NCBI GenBank assembly: GCA_000708835.1
Contig: DF237195.1
Span: 1 to 64,000, forward strand
Direction: 5' to 3'
DNA: 64,000 bases
Source: Klebsormidium nitens
Taxonomy: Eukaryota > Plantae > Klebsormidiophyceae
This document shows positions 1-10,756 of this stretch, piece after piece (the first letter of the stretch is position 1; every line of letters begins with the position of its first letter). The position numbers and the translations under genes are program-made. A model generated the notes under the pieces. The model did no database searches and was not told where the DNA came from. It was given only the letters and a program-made list of their open reading frames with translations.

Positions 1-237
1 GCTTCGTCCTTGGCTACAATTTAATTGGACAAGTGACTGAGGTGCCGAACCTCTTGTAAACTCCGTTTGTCCGTGCGCCCATTCAGCCAGCTCACGTTCG
101 CATGTCGAGAGCTCTGGAGAGGTATTAGGGCAGACCCGAACGATCAACTTACAGCAGCGGCTTCCGTCTGTATGAGACTGGTAATCCGACTTGGGCGCAT
201 GTATCTGATTCTGCAAGAATTCAGAGGACGTAACGGG

Positions 238-305
238 CAGCTATGATGCCGACAATTTGGTCACTTGTGCCACTGGTGAGTTTGACTGCAGTAAGCTGAT
301 AATGT
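238..305 (+). ncRNA. Box C/D-like cassette, family A (3' stem decayed)
   Basis: CAGC-TATGATGCC...TGGTCACTTGTGCCA...CTGA(296-299); the downstream GCTG stem is lost. Confidence 0.55.
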
Positions 306-454
306 TCGACGGAGAGCTTGCAGGCCTAGGAAGGCCGCAACTTGCACTGTCTTTCTGATTTTCAGAACCGTACAAGCATAAAGAGCATTGTTGATTAGCG
401 GGCCTTTGAAGGGGTTGCTTCCGCAAAAGTTTGGCTACCCTTAATGAATCGTCG

Positions 455-510
455 GAGTTCTTGTCAACGGTTTGCTTCAGGGCCAAGAATTGTACCAGGT
501 ATGACGCTGT
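455..510 (+). pseudogene. Decayed family C cassette (5' half lost)
   Basis: CAGGGCCAAGAATTGTACCAGGTATGACGCTG aligns with the 3' half of the cassette at 10271 (GAGGGCCAATAGTTGTACCAAAAGTGACGCTG) and sits at the expected position after A; no box C seen. Confidence 0.4.
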
Positions 511-940
511 TCATGTGTTGAATTGCAGCTAGTTCGTGGGCGCCTCCCAATCTATCCTCTCATTTTTTTCGTAGCCGAATTTCGTAGATGTGGAGTTGCC
601 TTTTCAAAATGGCGTTCAGGCGCATCTTCGTTCTTTGACGAGCTACAAAACCACGAGTGTCCAAATTTTGGTAAAGTCAAGAGTCTATCCAGCATGTCGT
701 GCGCTTCGATTGCCACTGCTGCCGTCGCTCCTAACAAGAATCCGCAAAGGTCTCCTCGTTCCGTCTTTCATAAATTTCAAAATGTCTCTCGTGAGGCGCG
801 GCCCCTCTGAAAGTTCCCTACGCTCTGTGCGCCCACCGGGCTGATCAGGTCCCGACTTATGAGGATATTAGTTGGACGAATTGAGTTCGTTCTCCCTATC
901 ACTCGTTGAGCTTGGCTGGCTTGGCCTTGTTTTGAACCTG

Positions 941-1012
941 CAGCGATGAGGACCTTCTCGTACTCTAGACGCTGGCCATCGAAAAGGATGTTGGCTTCGA
1001 CTTCTGGTACTG
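941..1012 (+). ncRNA. Box C/D-like cassette, family D (box D mutated)
   Basis: CAGC-GATGAGGAC...CTCTAGACGCTGGCC...CTGG-T-ACTG. Confidence 0.5.
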
Positions 1013-1409
1013 TTGCTTTGTGCATCCTGGATCCACCAGTGGCACTCAGAAACAATGGTCTCAAAGCAGGGGCTGGTTTATGGTGTTTGCTTCTCAACCG
1101 GCAGAAACCGTCGGACACGTTCTTAAAAGCTAGCCTCAACCAGCGCCTTCCCGTTTGGTTCTTAAATCTTCTACTTAGACTCCATACAAGTCACATGATG
1201 CCAATCCTGATTCAAGAGAAGCCAACGTACCCAAGCTACGCGCACAATCCACCCAAGGCTTCACGACCCATAGCGTCAAATTTTTGAGATGTCGAACTGT
1301 GAATGCGCTTTGACCAATTTTCACTTTCGCTGGATTGCAGCTAGATTTTAGCCACTCCCTCTTTTTCGCGTTGTATGTCAGCAGTCCCGGGTCTATATTC
1401 TTGTCGTAG

Positions 1410-1480
1410 CAGCCGTGATGCCCCATTGAACGGCGAAATATGCCAGCGATCTGGGTGGACGTGATCTGGGGCTGACGCTG
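1410..1480 (+). ncRNA. Box C/D-like cassette, family B
   Basis: CAGC-CGTGATGCCC...CGGCGAAATATGCC...GGGGCTGA-C-GCTG; the CCC/GGG pairing extends the C/D stem. Confidence 0.7.
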
Positions 1481-1991
1481 TGAGTGTATAATGTGCCCAC
1501 TCCGATGGAAGGATAGAATAGCAGTAAGTGAAAGGCACGTGTCATGACTCCGGCCGGAGATCGAGCTTGGCTGTCCAACGGGACTCGAAGATAAAGAACT
1601 TTTTGTAAGCAGAGGTCAGATCGAGGGCCTGAAACGCCACTTCTGAAAGCGGGCTTCAATGGCTCTTTGCCCATGAGGCGTGCCCATCGCAAGTCTGTAG
1701 AAAAACAAACTTCTCATCTGACCACTCACGTCGAAGTCGTAAAAATTTCATTTTTCAGCCATTGGCCCGTCAGCCTATCTAGCCATGCTTTACTGTACAT
1801 GAGATAATGCCAATCTTTTCGTACCCCAGTTTGAGCGCTTGAGAGAATCCCTTCTTTTCTGCAATCCCCAACACAAGCAGAGCTCTCGGGAGGTAGGTCA
1901 GACTGAATTCAAGTGCAGAGCGTCTTCTTCTGACCGCATAAGAGTTCAAATCCCTTTGGCCTGTGTATCTTAATCTGCCAGACTCAACGGG

Positions 1992-2058
1992 CAGCTGTGA
2001 CGCCGAGCACTGGTCGCTTGTGCCACCGAAATACTTCTCTGCGAGCGAGCTGATGCTG
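1992..2058 (+). ncRNA. Box C/D-like cassette, family A
   Basis: CAGC-TGTGACGCC...TGGTCGCTTGTGCCA...CTGA-T-GCTG. Confidence 0.7.
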
Positions 2059-2219
2059 TTGGAGTGCTTGTAGAAGGCCTCAACTGAGATTTTGTGTCCT
2101 CGTTTTCAGTTCCACATAAGCACATGAAGGGGCCTGTCGTCTATAGGAGGTCCTTGAGAGTTGCTCAAGGACCCAAGTATCACAAACCTTGTCAGCAGGT
2201 CTTCATTTTCTCACAATGA

Positions 2220-2287
2220 CAGCGAGGATGACAGACTTTTGGCATCCCCAATGCAAAGGCCAAAAGCTGTTTCTCTCGATGATGCTG
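2220..2287 (+). ncRNA. Box C/D-like cassette, family C
   Basis: CAGC-GAGGATGA...TTTTGGCATCCCC...GCCAAAA (7-bp hairpin)...ATGA-T-GCTG. Confidence 0.65.
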
Positions 2288-2667
2288 CTCATCTGTTCAA
2301 ATGAACCCGGTGTGTGATTACTTCCCGCTGTACGCTCAGATCGCTACTTCCAGCCTTTTTCAGTTATGAAGAGTGCCTTTTACCATGAAGCGTTCAGTCG
2401 TAGCTTCTTCGACGGTTTGGAACCACGAGCTCCTATGCTTCAATAGGTCAGTAATATGATTAATCATGCCGTCTAGAATTAGCCAGTGGTACCAGGATCC
2501 TCTTAAATTTCGCGGAGACTCTGGTCATGCTGACTGTCAATCGGTCCCTAAGGCGCGGGCCCCTCTACCAGGTCCTTTGCTTATCATTTTACGGGTCCGT
2601 ATCGGGTCTAAGAAAATTGTGGAGTCCGATTGTATCACGGATGAAGTTGGCCTTCCTCCGACATCTG

Positions 2668-2735
2668 TGGCTATGAGGACCCGCTGTAGATCTAGACGTT
2701 GGCCACTCTAGAGCGGTAATGCTGGTCTGATGCTG
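2668..2735 (+). ncRNA. Box C/D-like cassette, family D
   Basis: TGGC-TATGAGGACC...TCTAGACGTTGGCCACTCTAGA...GGTCTGA-T-GCTG; GACC/GGTC pairing. Confidence 0.7.
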
Positions 2736-3226
2736 TCGAATGCTGTTGCTTTAAGTATCCTGGATCAAATGTGCGATCGTAATCAAGTTTAAATGCGTCT
2801 CACGAGAATATCAAACACGTTCTCAGACCTTATTCTTGGTCTTCGATCAGTGTTGAGAAACCTACCCTTGGAAGAATCTCCTCAGACTCACATCGATCGA
2901 GATAGTCCCAGATTGCCACTCCTGAAAGAGAAAGCCGACAGTACGTGGGCGGGCAGAGTAAATTCTCAGCACAGATGTGAGGACCACTACGGATTGGGAA
3001 TCCTGAGGGGGTCCAGAGTGGCACCTTGAACCTGCGATGATTATAGACGGTAGCTTTAAATCTCCAAGCTTATGCGCACACGTCCTCGCATAGCTCCATA
3101 CTTCTTGACGTGTCAACAATCGGACAAACTGACATGAAGCAATAGGTCCGGACTCACCCAGCCTTACCTCTGCAAAACACCGCGCTTGTAGTCTTCCCCC
3201 TTCTGCATTCTCTGTCTTCGTCACAG

Positions 3227-3298
3227 CAGCCGTGATGCCCAATAAACCGGCAACCTGTGCAGCCAGCTCTCTGTCCACTTTGTTTGGGGCTGACGCTA
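3227..3298 (+). ncRNA. Box C/D-like cassette, family B
   Basis: CAGC-CGTGATGCCC...CCGGCAACCTGTGC...GGGGCTGA-C-GCTA. Confidence 0.7.
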
Positions 3299-3942
3299 TT
3301 TACGTGTCCGCTCGGATGGAATTGTTTTTGGACAGCTCAAAATATGGCTTCTACGCAACGTCATCACCCGGCTACTTTTAGCAGAGCCCGGTGCTCGAGG
3401 CATGAACTCTGATACCAAGTTTTTGGCGACAGAGTACCGGCAATCTACCCTTCGATGTCGCTCGGTGACGTCAGGCGTTCCGGGTCCCAGGACGCTCACT
3501 TGTAACGAGCGAAGGCTTATACGTACTGGTATGAAAATAGCCAGCTCTAATTATGCTTGTGCCAACCGGATAGATTGCTGACAGCCGTTGGTAACTAGAG
3601 GGAGATCAGAGGGCCCCGTTCTTGAAAGCGGGCTCTAAAACTTTCTTGCCCCATGAGAGCGCTATTGATTGCAGGTATTTATAGAGACAAAATTTTCAAC
3701 TGCCCACTAACGTCAAAATCGTATATACTTTCAAGCCCTTCGCCCACCAGCGTCAATTACTCCCCAACAGTTAATGATGCTCTTTCAGCGTACCTCTTCC
3801 GAGGGCTCTGCAAAAATCTCTCGTTTGCAATTCCCGACACGACGGAAGAGCTCCAGACTTGAAGGATTGATAGAGTCTCTGACTGTGTACGAATGTAGTC
3901 CTTGAGCCCGTCTTTGTGTGGTTGCTGGACTTGATTCGCGTT

Positions 3943-4003
3943 CAGCTGTGATGCCAATCTTCTGGTCGCTTGTGCCAGAAGAACTTCTTCAGATCTGATG
4001 CTG
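3943..4003 (+). ncRNA. Box C/D-like cassette, family A
   Basis: CAGC-TGTGATGCC...TGGTCGCTTGTGCCA...TCTGA-T-GCTG. Confidence 0.7.
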
Positions 4004-4193
4004 TTTGAGTGCTTGCATCAGAGGGCCGCCTAAAATTGGGGAGACCATAATCATAACCATATTATAACCATATCATTACCATAGGGAGACAGCCTGTCGG
4101 CTAGCCGACCTCTTGAGAGTAGCTTTCGCATCACGTTGGCAAGTTCAAAAGCAGCGGCGGCAGCCTTTGTCAACGGGTCGCCTTTTGTCACAA

Positions 4194-4270
4194 CAGCGAG
4201 GATGAGTTACGTGTTGCCTCCTTAGAAGGCATGAGCCACTCGTCAACCAGAAATATCAACAATGACGCTG
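4194..4270 (+). ncRNA. Box C/D-like cassette, family C
   Basis: CAGC-GAGGATGA...TTGCCTCCTTAGAAGGCA hairpin...ATGA-C-GCTG. Confidence 0.6.
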
Positions 4271-4788
4271 TTTCTTCAATCTATCTGCACGGGCACCTGG
4301 TTCGGAGGTAACTCCCCTTCTCCGCTCTGAAGTTTTGCTGTCACAAGCCCGTGCCTATCAAACGCGTGGCGTTAACTCAGATTGCTGCTGACACAACCAG
4401 CTACGGCTAAGAGCGGTTTGCCGGATGATATTTTCTCATCTGCAGCGTATCAAACGTGGGACGGGTACGATCATGCTGCTGAGCCGTAATGGTACACTTT
4501 TGCGCCGAGGTTGCAGATTGTGCCTGCCGTTTCCAAACCGGGGTTCAAACGTAATTCGAGGCCCATGAGGGCACTAATTGCAGTTCGCGACTTTGTAGGA
4601 ATGCACTTCGCCTCAGATTGTTTCTTGAACAGTTGTGCTAGTGGACCTCTTCAACACAAGTGCAGCTTTCGAGAGGTGGCCAAACCCAAACCACTTATTA
4701 ATTGACGGCTTTTGGCTGCATATGCGTAGAACGACTGTTATCTTACCTTGGGAAGCCTCTTCCAAAATTTGGATGAGGGACTAACGGG

Positions 4789-4856
4789 CAGCTGTGATGT
4801 CAAGCACTGGTCGCTTGTGCCAAGCAAGGTCGTGTTAGCGAGAAACGCTGATGCTG
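4789..4856 (+). ncRNA. Box C/D-like cassette, family A
   Basis: CAGC-TGTGATGTC...TGGTCGCTTGTGCCA...GCTGA-T-GCTG. Confidence 0.7.
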
Positions 4857-5026
4857 TTTCAGTAGTCTTAAAAGGCCGCAACTGAAAAGTATGTGTTCCT
4901 TGAGATTCTCGACTCATCATAAGCACAGAGAGGCATGTCGTCTATCAGGCCCCTGAGAGTAGCTTTCGCATCACCTCTGGATCTTTGAGAGGGACCGTCG
5001 TTGGGTCAGCAGTTCTTCTCTTCAAA

Positions 5027-5091
5027 CAGCAAGGATGAATCAACGTATGGCATCCCCAAAGTGCCAGCAAGTGTTCCCAACACTGACGCTG
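5027..5091 (+). ncRNA. Box C/D-like cassette, family C
   Basis: CAGC-AAGGATGA...TGGCATCCCCAAAGTGCCA hairpin...CTGA-C-GCTG. Confidence 0.72.
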
Positions 5092-5533
5092 CTCGTCCAA
5101 TCGATTGCAACCGGTTCTTGCGCACCGCTTCCTCGACAACGATCTCAACACGCAATCCGCTTACCTCGTTATATATGAGAGTCTTTTAACGATTGGGGCG
5201 TTCAGACGTTATTAGCTCTTCTACGTTATTGCGCTCCGGAACCACGAGCATCCAAGTTTGATAGGTTCTGGATCGTCTTGCGACAACTCATGCCGTTGAA
5301 AGCCACCGCTAACGTTGCTCCTTCGGTCGTCGGAGTCTGCGAAAGTCTAGTCATATCAGCTCCGTTAAAACTTTCAACGGTTTCTGAGGATTGAATCCTC
5401 TAGAGGATTCCTTAAAAACAACCTCGTTGACTTCCATAAGTCCATTTTGCTTCGAAAGGACAATCGCCAATTAAATGAGTTCCGTTTGTCTACTCACGTA
5501 CTACTCATGAGCCAGGCACGCATCTCATTCCTG

Positions 5534-5605
5534 AAGCTATGAAGACTCGTTGTGACTCTAGTTGTTGGCCAATCTAGAGGGGTATGAGAGCGAGATCTGA
5601 TGCTG
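5534..5605 (+). ncRNA. Box C/D-like cassette, family D
   Basis: AAGC-TATGAAGAC...CTCTAGTTGTTGGCCAATCTAGAG hairpin...TCTGA-T-GCTG. Confidence 0.7.
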
Positions 5606-5953
5606 CTGCTTTGTGGATTCCGCATCGCCACTGTTATTCCACGAAGTTGCTTCGTCATCGCCACGAAGAATCAAACAAGGTTGAAAAACCTAGCCTTGAT
5701 CTTCGCGGTTTGTTTCGAAATTCCTTTCCATCGACAAGTCTACGAAGACGATGTGGAAATTGCCAGTCCTCAAAGAGAGGCCAACGAAAGATTTCTTTGC
5801 GCAGATTCTTGACGCAAAAGCTCACGCAGAGCTTCAGCCTTTTTAGTTCCTTGACAGTTCTGCGAATTACAATGCCACAGACCCGTACTAAATAACTTTC
5901 ACCAGATGTTTTTGATGTTATAGATCCGCATTCGCCCTCGTTTCTCGTGGCAA

Positions 5954-6020
5954 CAGCAATGATGCCCGGAGAACGGCAACTTGTGCCACTTCCTCTGTCT
6001 CTTCTCTGGGGCTGACGCTG
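5954..6020 (+). ncRNA. Box C/D-like cassette, family B
   Basis: CAGC-AATGATGCCC...CGGCAACTTGTGCCA...GGGGCTGA-C-GCTG. Confidence 0.72.
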
Positions 6021-6556
6021 CGAATATGCCCGCTTGGATGGAAGATGATCACAGGGAGTGAGCAAGGAGCACGTGCCACTGATTTACTTGGCGCTCTTGC
6101 TTGGGCTTGCCAACCTGAATCGGACCACAAAGAACTTTTTCTACGAAGAGCCTTTTCTTTATTAGAGTCAAAGATCAGAGTGCCCGGCCCCCGCTAGTAA
6201 AAGCAGGCTTTGAAATATGTTTTTGGCCCACGAGGGCACTCCGTTTGCAAGACTTTAGAAAGGAAAAGGGTTGTACGGTCGTCGATCACTCACGTCCAAA
6301 GTCAACTTTGGTAATCTTTTGATTCTTCGCCTGCCAGAATATGTAGTGACACATGGTGTCTTGATTAAATTGAAAATTTTGACGCTCTTTCCGCGTACCT
6401 CAAGCTCTGGTAAAAGCTCTCGTCTGCACAGTTCGAGACAATAAAAGCCTTCAGGTACGTCGGCAGCCCCGGATCGTCAGCAGCAGCTTTTGTTTGTAAG
6501 CTACTACGTATACGTCCCTTGGGCCTCTGCCGAACCTAGAGAATCTAGTAATCCGG

Positions 6557-6610
6557 CAGCTATGATGCTGAGCCTCTGGCCATTTGTACCTCCGCGATGA
6601 GGCTGATGCT
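6557..6610 (+). ncRNA. Box C/D-like cassette, family A (short)
   Basis: CAGC-TATGATGC...TGGCCATTTGTACC...GCTGA-T-GCT. Confidence 0.6.
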
Positions 6611-6767
6611 CTTCGAGTGCTGCAGAAGCCGCGAACCGAAAAGGTTTTCGACTTTGCAGATCAGCAAGGCTGTAAGAGGAGCTAGGGCTGATGACTAGTG
6701 GTGCTCAAAAACGAGCTTCTGCATCGGCCACTTTTTTAGCAGCCGTTTCTATCGACGCTCGTTACAA

Positions 6768-6840
6768 CAGCCAGCAAAAATATCGGTGTCTTCCAGGGCC
6801 AAAGCATACATTAAGCCCGATCTTTCCAGGATAACTCTGT
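6768..6840 (+). pseudogene. Decayed family C cassette
   Basis: Expected position (A+211); residual ACAACAGC and CAGGGCCAA motifs; boxes not intact. Confidence 0.3.
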
Positions 6841-7252
6841 CTGTCCGTTTATGAATCATCGAACCGTTTGGCAGCAACTACGTCCAAGTTCGTCAAAGGT
6901 GACAGGGCTTTCCCACAGGGAGTCAGATCTAGCGGCTTCGCTGTTCGGCTTCGAACTACGATTATTTGCGTTTTCGTCCGAGTCACAGGCCGTCTTGCGT
7001 CAACTCACGCCGGCCGAAGCCATATTGCTGACGTGGCACTTCCAGCTTCAATTGGATTCAGCTTGGAAGGCCCTGTCTTTTGGGAAGGGTCTTCGAAACG
7101 CGGCCCCTAAGAAAGATCCTGGTAGTCTGAGCACACTGCACACACGGGCGAAGCAACTTCCTTCATCCCATGTTAGATTCGAAGAGACAGAGTTGGGCGA
7201 TCCGGATTCCTTCTGTATTGGTTGCTGAGCTTGGCTCTTGCTCGTTTTTCTG

Positions 7253-7323
7253 GAGCTATGAAGAACGCCTCGGGCTCTAGACGTTGGCTACTCTAGAACT
7301 GTAGATCGAGCCGTCCGATGCTA
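7253..7323 (+). ncRNA. Box C/D-like cassette, family D
   Basis: GAGC-TATGAAGA...TCTAGACGTTGGCTACTCTAGA hairpin...CCGA-T-GCTA. Confidence 0.6.
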
Positions 7324-7675
7324 CTCCTTTGTGCATCCTTCGATCACCACTGGCATTTGTTCACGGTGCCTCTTGTCCGCCACAATATTTTAGAAACGTT
7401 CCAAAATCCGTTTTCGTCATTCTTACACGGCTGAAATTGGAAAGATCCTCAACGGAGACACCTCAACGAAAAGAAACAAAGAGTTCGCCGCTCCTGAAAG
7501 AAACGCCAAAGGTATCAATATTATGCGACTGAATCCAGTCGTAGCCTCACGCGTCGCTTCAACCCGTCAACAATCTTTATTTTGCGTGCGATAGAATCAG
7601 GTTCAACCTCTTGACTCTGCAAATCTATAGTTGTTTATCTCGTTTATCTCATCATTCTCTATGTCTTCGTCACGC

Positions 7676-7743
7676 CAGCCGTAATGCCCAGTGGACCGGT
7701 AACATGTGCCAGGCCTGCCATAACGCTTTTAAGGCTGACGCTG
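7676..7743 (+). ncRNA. Box C/D-like cassette, family B
   Basis: CAGC-CGTAATGCCC...CCGGTAACATGTGCCA...GGCTGA-C-GCTG (box C G>A). Confidence 0.6.
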
Positions 7744-7953
7744 TGTGGGCGCCACTCGGATGGAAAAGGGAGATAGGAAGCGAGCGAGAGGCACGTGTCC
7801 TTACTTCGGCTCGCGCTCGTGCTTGTGCTTGCAAAACAAATCTCCGGAGTCTCAAACGGCACGGAGAGCTCTTGAGGAAGTAGTGGCGGCAATAGACAGT
7901 CGAGGCCGGCGCTCGCGACAGCAAGGATTGATATGCTTCTGTATACAACAGCG

Positions 7954-8031
7954 CAGCAAGGATGACCATCAGAGTTTGGCATTTGGGAACATTTGCCGCA
8001 CCTGCCTGCACGTCTACACGACCGGATGCTG
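7954..8031 (+). ncRNA. Box C/D-like cassette, family C (box D mutated)
   Basis: CAGC-AAGGATGA...TTGGCATTTGGGAACATTTGCC...CGGA-T-GCTG; a duplicated start ACAGCAAGGATTGA lies ~35 nt upstream. Confidence 0.55.
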
Positions 8032-8280
8032 CCTAGTAGATGCACCTTGGAGTTCAGTATCTCTCTGCGCTTTGGTTTAATTTGATTCTGAAAACCCTAC
8101 TTTGAGTCATCAGGGCTAAGGAGAAGTGGAATGTGAAAAACTTTAAGCGCATGATTCCACCCGGAGTCTCACGCATGGCTTCCGTTCCGCTGTTAGAAGT
8201 AGGCGTTGGAACCATCCTCACCGATCTGCGGAAGTTACCAATTGTTTCTATTCTGCGTTCCCCCTAGTTTTTCGTTACAG

Positions 8281-8348
8281 CAGCCGTGATGCCCAGTGAC
8301 CGGCGCAGCTGTGCTAATTCTGGTTTCTAATGGATTGGGCTGACGCTG
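8281..8348 (+). ncRNA. Box C/D-like cassette, family B
   Basis: CAGC-CGTGATGCCC...CCGGCGCAGCTGTGC...GGGCTGA-C-GCTG. Confidence 0.7.
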
Positions 8349-8472
8349 TGTATGTGCACTTTTAATTATGTGGTTCAAGACAGAATCGACAAAAGGGACC
8401 TGTCGGCACCGCGCGTAGTGCTTCTTTACATGTTGGTACACCTCATTCAATAGAAGGATCACTTCGTCCCGA

Positions 8473-8547
8473 CAGCGAGGATGAGGAAACTTTGCATTGG
8501 TATCCCCTACGAAAGGGCGGAGCCACACAACACCATCAACGACGCTG
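8473..8547 (+). ncRNA. Box C/D-like cassette, family C
   Basis: CAGC-GAGGATGA...TTGGTATCCCC...ACGA-C-GCTG. Confidence 0.6.
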
Positions 8548-8969
8548 TGCATCGGTTTCATCTGCACCCATCTTGAAAGTTCACCTTCCGGTTCCCGACT
8601 CCTTTGCTCATCTCAACCGCGTCGCATATCTGAGTGCCTTGTCAGTGCGGTCATTCGTGGCTTCTTCGTTACTAGGTTCCAATCACCTTCATGATTGCCC
8701 ACATTTTAATCAAGGGAGAAACCTTCAGAAGAGAAGTCAATTGATGTGCTCATCAAAGCCAGTGCTACCGGAGACCCTTCACAAAACCCTCGAAGGCCTT
8801 GCCATTTCCTCTCTCTGGTTCCACTGGCGCGGCCGCTCAGTAGACTTTGTTACTTTGTTACTTTGCTCGGTCTCCCTAATCAACCTCTACAACTTGTTTG
8901 TGTCCGGTCCTAGCTTGAGAATGAGCAATCTACGATTTCGTGTGTGTCCTGGGCCTCGCCCCGAAAATG

Positions 8970-9044
8970 TAGCTTTGAGGACCCAATGTGAATCTAGTCG
9001 ACGTTGGCTAGAGTGCACGTGGGATTGGAGAAGGTCTGATGCTG
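8970..9044 (+). ncRNA. Box C/D-like cassette, family D
   Basis: TAGC-TTTGAGGACC...TCTAGTCGACGTTGGCTAGA hairpin...GGTCTGA-T-GCTG. Confidence 0.65.
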
Positions 9045-9344
9045 CTGTTTGTGCAATAATGGATCATTACTGGCACTTGAAGAAGTTGCTTCTCGACTGC
9101 GGAGATGTTTAGAAAGGGTCTCAACAGCTTGCATTCATCTTCCTGACTGGTCTTGGAGGTCTTTCGCGGACAACAGATTCGCCACGGAGATTGCACCTCT
9201 TGAAAAGAAGCCAAAAGCATCAATCTTACGCGCACGAGCGCACCTAAAGCATCGTTCAATCCTGTTTCGTGATGTCAGCAGGATTCGGAACCGGGATTTT
9301 TCTGGTATTCACCACCGGGAGCCCCTTTGTCTTCGTCGTAGCTA

Positions 9345-9408
9345 CAGCCGCGAGTCCCATGAAAATGGCAGCCTGTGCCACGTGTTCCACTTCTTCGGGG
9401 CTGACGCT
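9345..9408 (+). ncRNA. Box C/D-like cassette, family B (box C decayed)
   Basis: CAGC-CGCGAGTCCC...TGGCAGCCTGTGCCA...GGGGCTGA-C-GCT. Confidence 0.5.
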
Positions 9409-10046
9409 TCAACGTACCCGTGTTCGCTCGAAACCAATCATAGGGCAGCAAGTAGGCCGAAACCAAGTGTCATCATCTTATCCGACTCTCGTGCTTGTGC
9501 TTGCCGACCCGAGCGGAACGAGAAATGACTGTGTGTAGTCCGGTCCGGTGACGCGAACGGTCCCGCCAGAAAGTTTGAAGTCAGCTGGGCACTTACCATT
9601 CGCATGAGTGTAGAAAGAGAGATTTCTCCTCACAATCAATTAAGATTACATCACATTCGCTTCTTCTCCGACCTCACAAGTTTGCATGCCAGTAACTGGA
9701 CAAGGTCTCAAGAAGCTCTACCAATATCTCGTGGAAATCCTGACGTTCCGTCTCGAGCTTGGAACCAGCCCCGCGAGCTAGGCAGGAAAATTTCATGTGT
9801 CGCTGCTATTATCTTTTTTCGGTCCGTCAAGTAATGCACTTTTGACTTGTCCATCTTTCAAGGCAAACCGCCTGCAGTGGCTTCTGCTAACTTCGGCTGC
9901 GAAATCGGATCCGATTGCAATTCCCAACGCAATAGGAGCTCTTGAAATAAAGGCCAGGCCAGCTTCAGCCGCGGATTTGTTTAGTCCGCGACTGAATTGC
10001 TTGGCCCATATATCTTTTTCTTCCAATATTTGAGAGAGCACACGGG

Positions 10047-10110
10047 CAGCTTTGATGCCAAGCAATGGTCACATGCGCCACTGGTATGCATACTTGACGA
10101 GCTGATGCTG
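10047..10110 (+). ncRNA. Box C/D-like cassette, family A
   Basis: CAGC-TTTGATGCC...TGGTCACATGCGCCA...GCTGA-T-GCTG. Confidence 0.68.
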
Positions 10111-10270
10111 TTCGAGGTGCTTGGAGACGGGCCCAATTGGAAACGCATTTTTGCTTCCTACCTCCGCGCATTGAGAGGCTTGTTGCAGGCGGGCCTCCGA
10201 AAGTAGATTCGCCACCACGTCGCCTTGATCGAGTGGCACCCGGATCTTTGTGCAGATTATCCTTCCGTAA

Positions 10271-10333
10271 CAGCAAGGATGATTAACACTTGGTATCCTC
10301 AGAGGGCCAATAGTTGTACCAAAAGTGACGCTG
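10271..10333 (+). ncRNA. Box C/D-like cassette, family C
   Basis: CAGC-AAGGATGA...TTGGTATCCTCAGAGGGCCAA hairpin...GTGA-C-GCTG. Confidence 0.65.
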
Positions 10334-10756
10334 TTGATCTGTTCAACTGGAGCCGGCTCGTGGGCGCAGCTGCCCGTGTCATGCTTGCTAGCTCATTCCA
10401 GTCCAGCATTTTTGAAAGCGGATTCTTCGTTCAAGGGGCGTTCAGTCGTCGCGCGCTTTGTCGTTTCCATGCTTCGTATCAACGAGTATCCACGTTTGGG
10501 TCAGTACTAAATGTTATCCAGGCAATCACGCGGGTCGGAAAGCGGTGCTACCATAGCTCCTTTGAGGGATGCTCGGAGGCCCTGTCGAATCTCCCTTCAG
10601 AAGGTCTTTGAGGCGTAGCACCAATATATATTTGGGTCCACTTGTTCGTGCGCATGCGGCGACCAAATTCCATTACTTCGTACCACCTCTGAAGAATACT
10701 GGGCGATTCAGATTTCGTTTGTATACTTGTGAACATTAGCCCTGCTCAGAGCTCTG

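Noticed and set aside
7257-7268. ATGAAGAACG in family D and CGGCAAC in family B resemble sense-strand 5.8S rRNA words
   Set aside because: Only 7-10 nt, sense rather than antisense, overlapping box C or the hairpin, and not conserved in other copies; consistent with chance.
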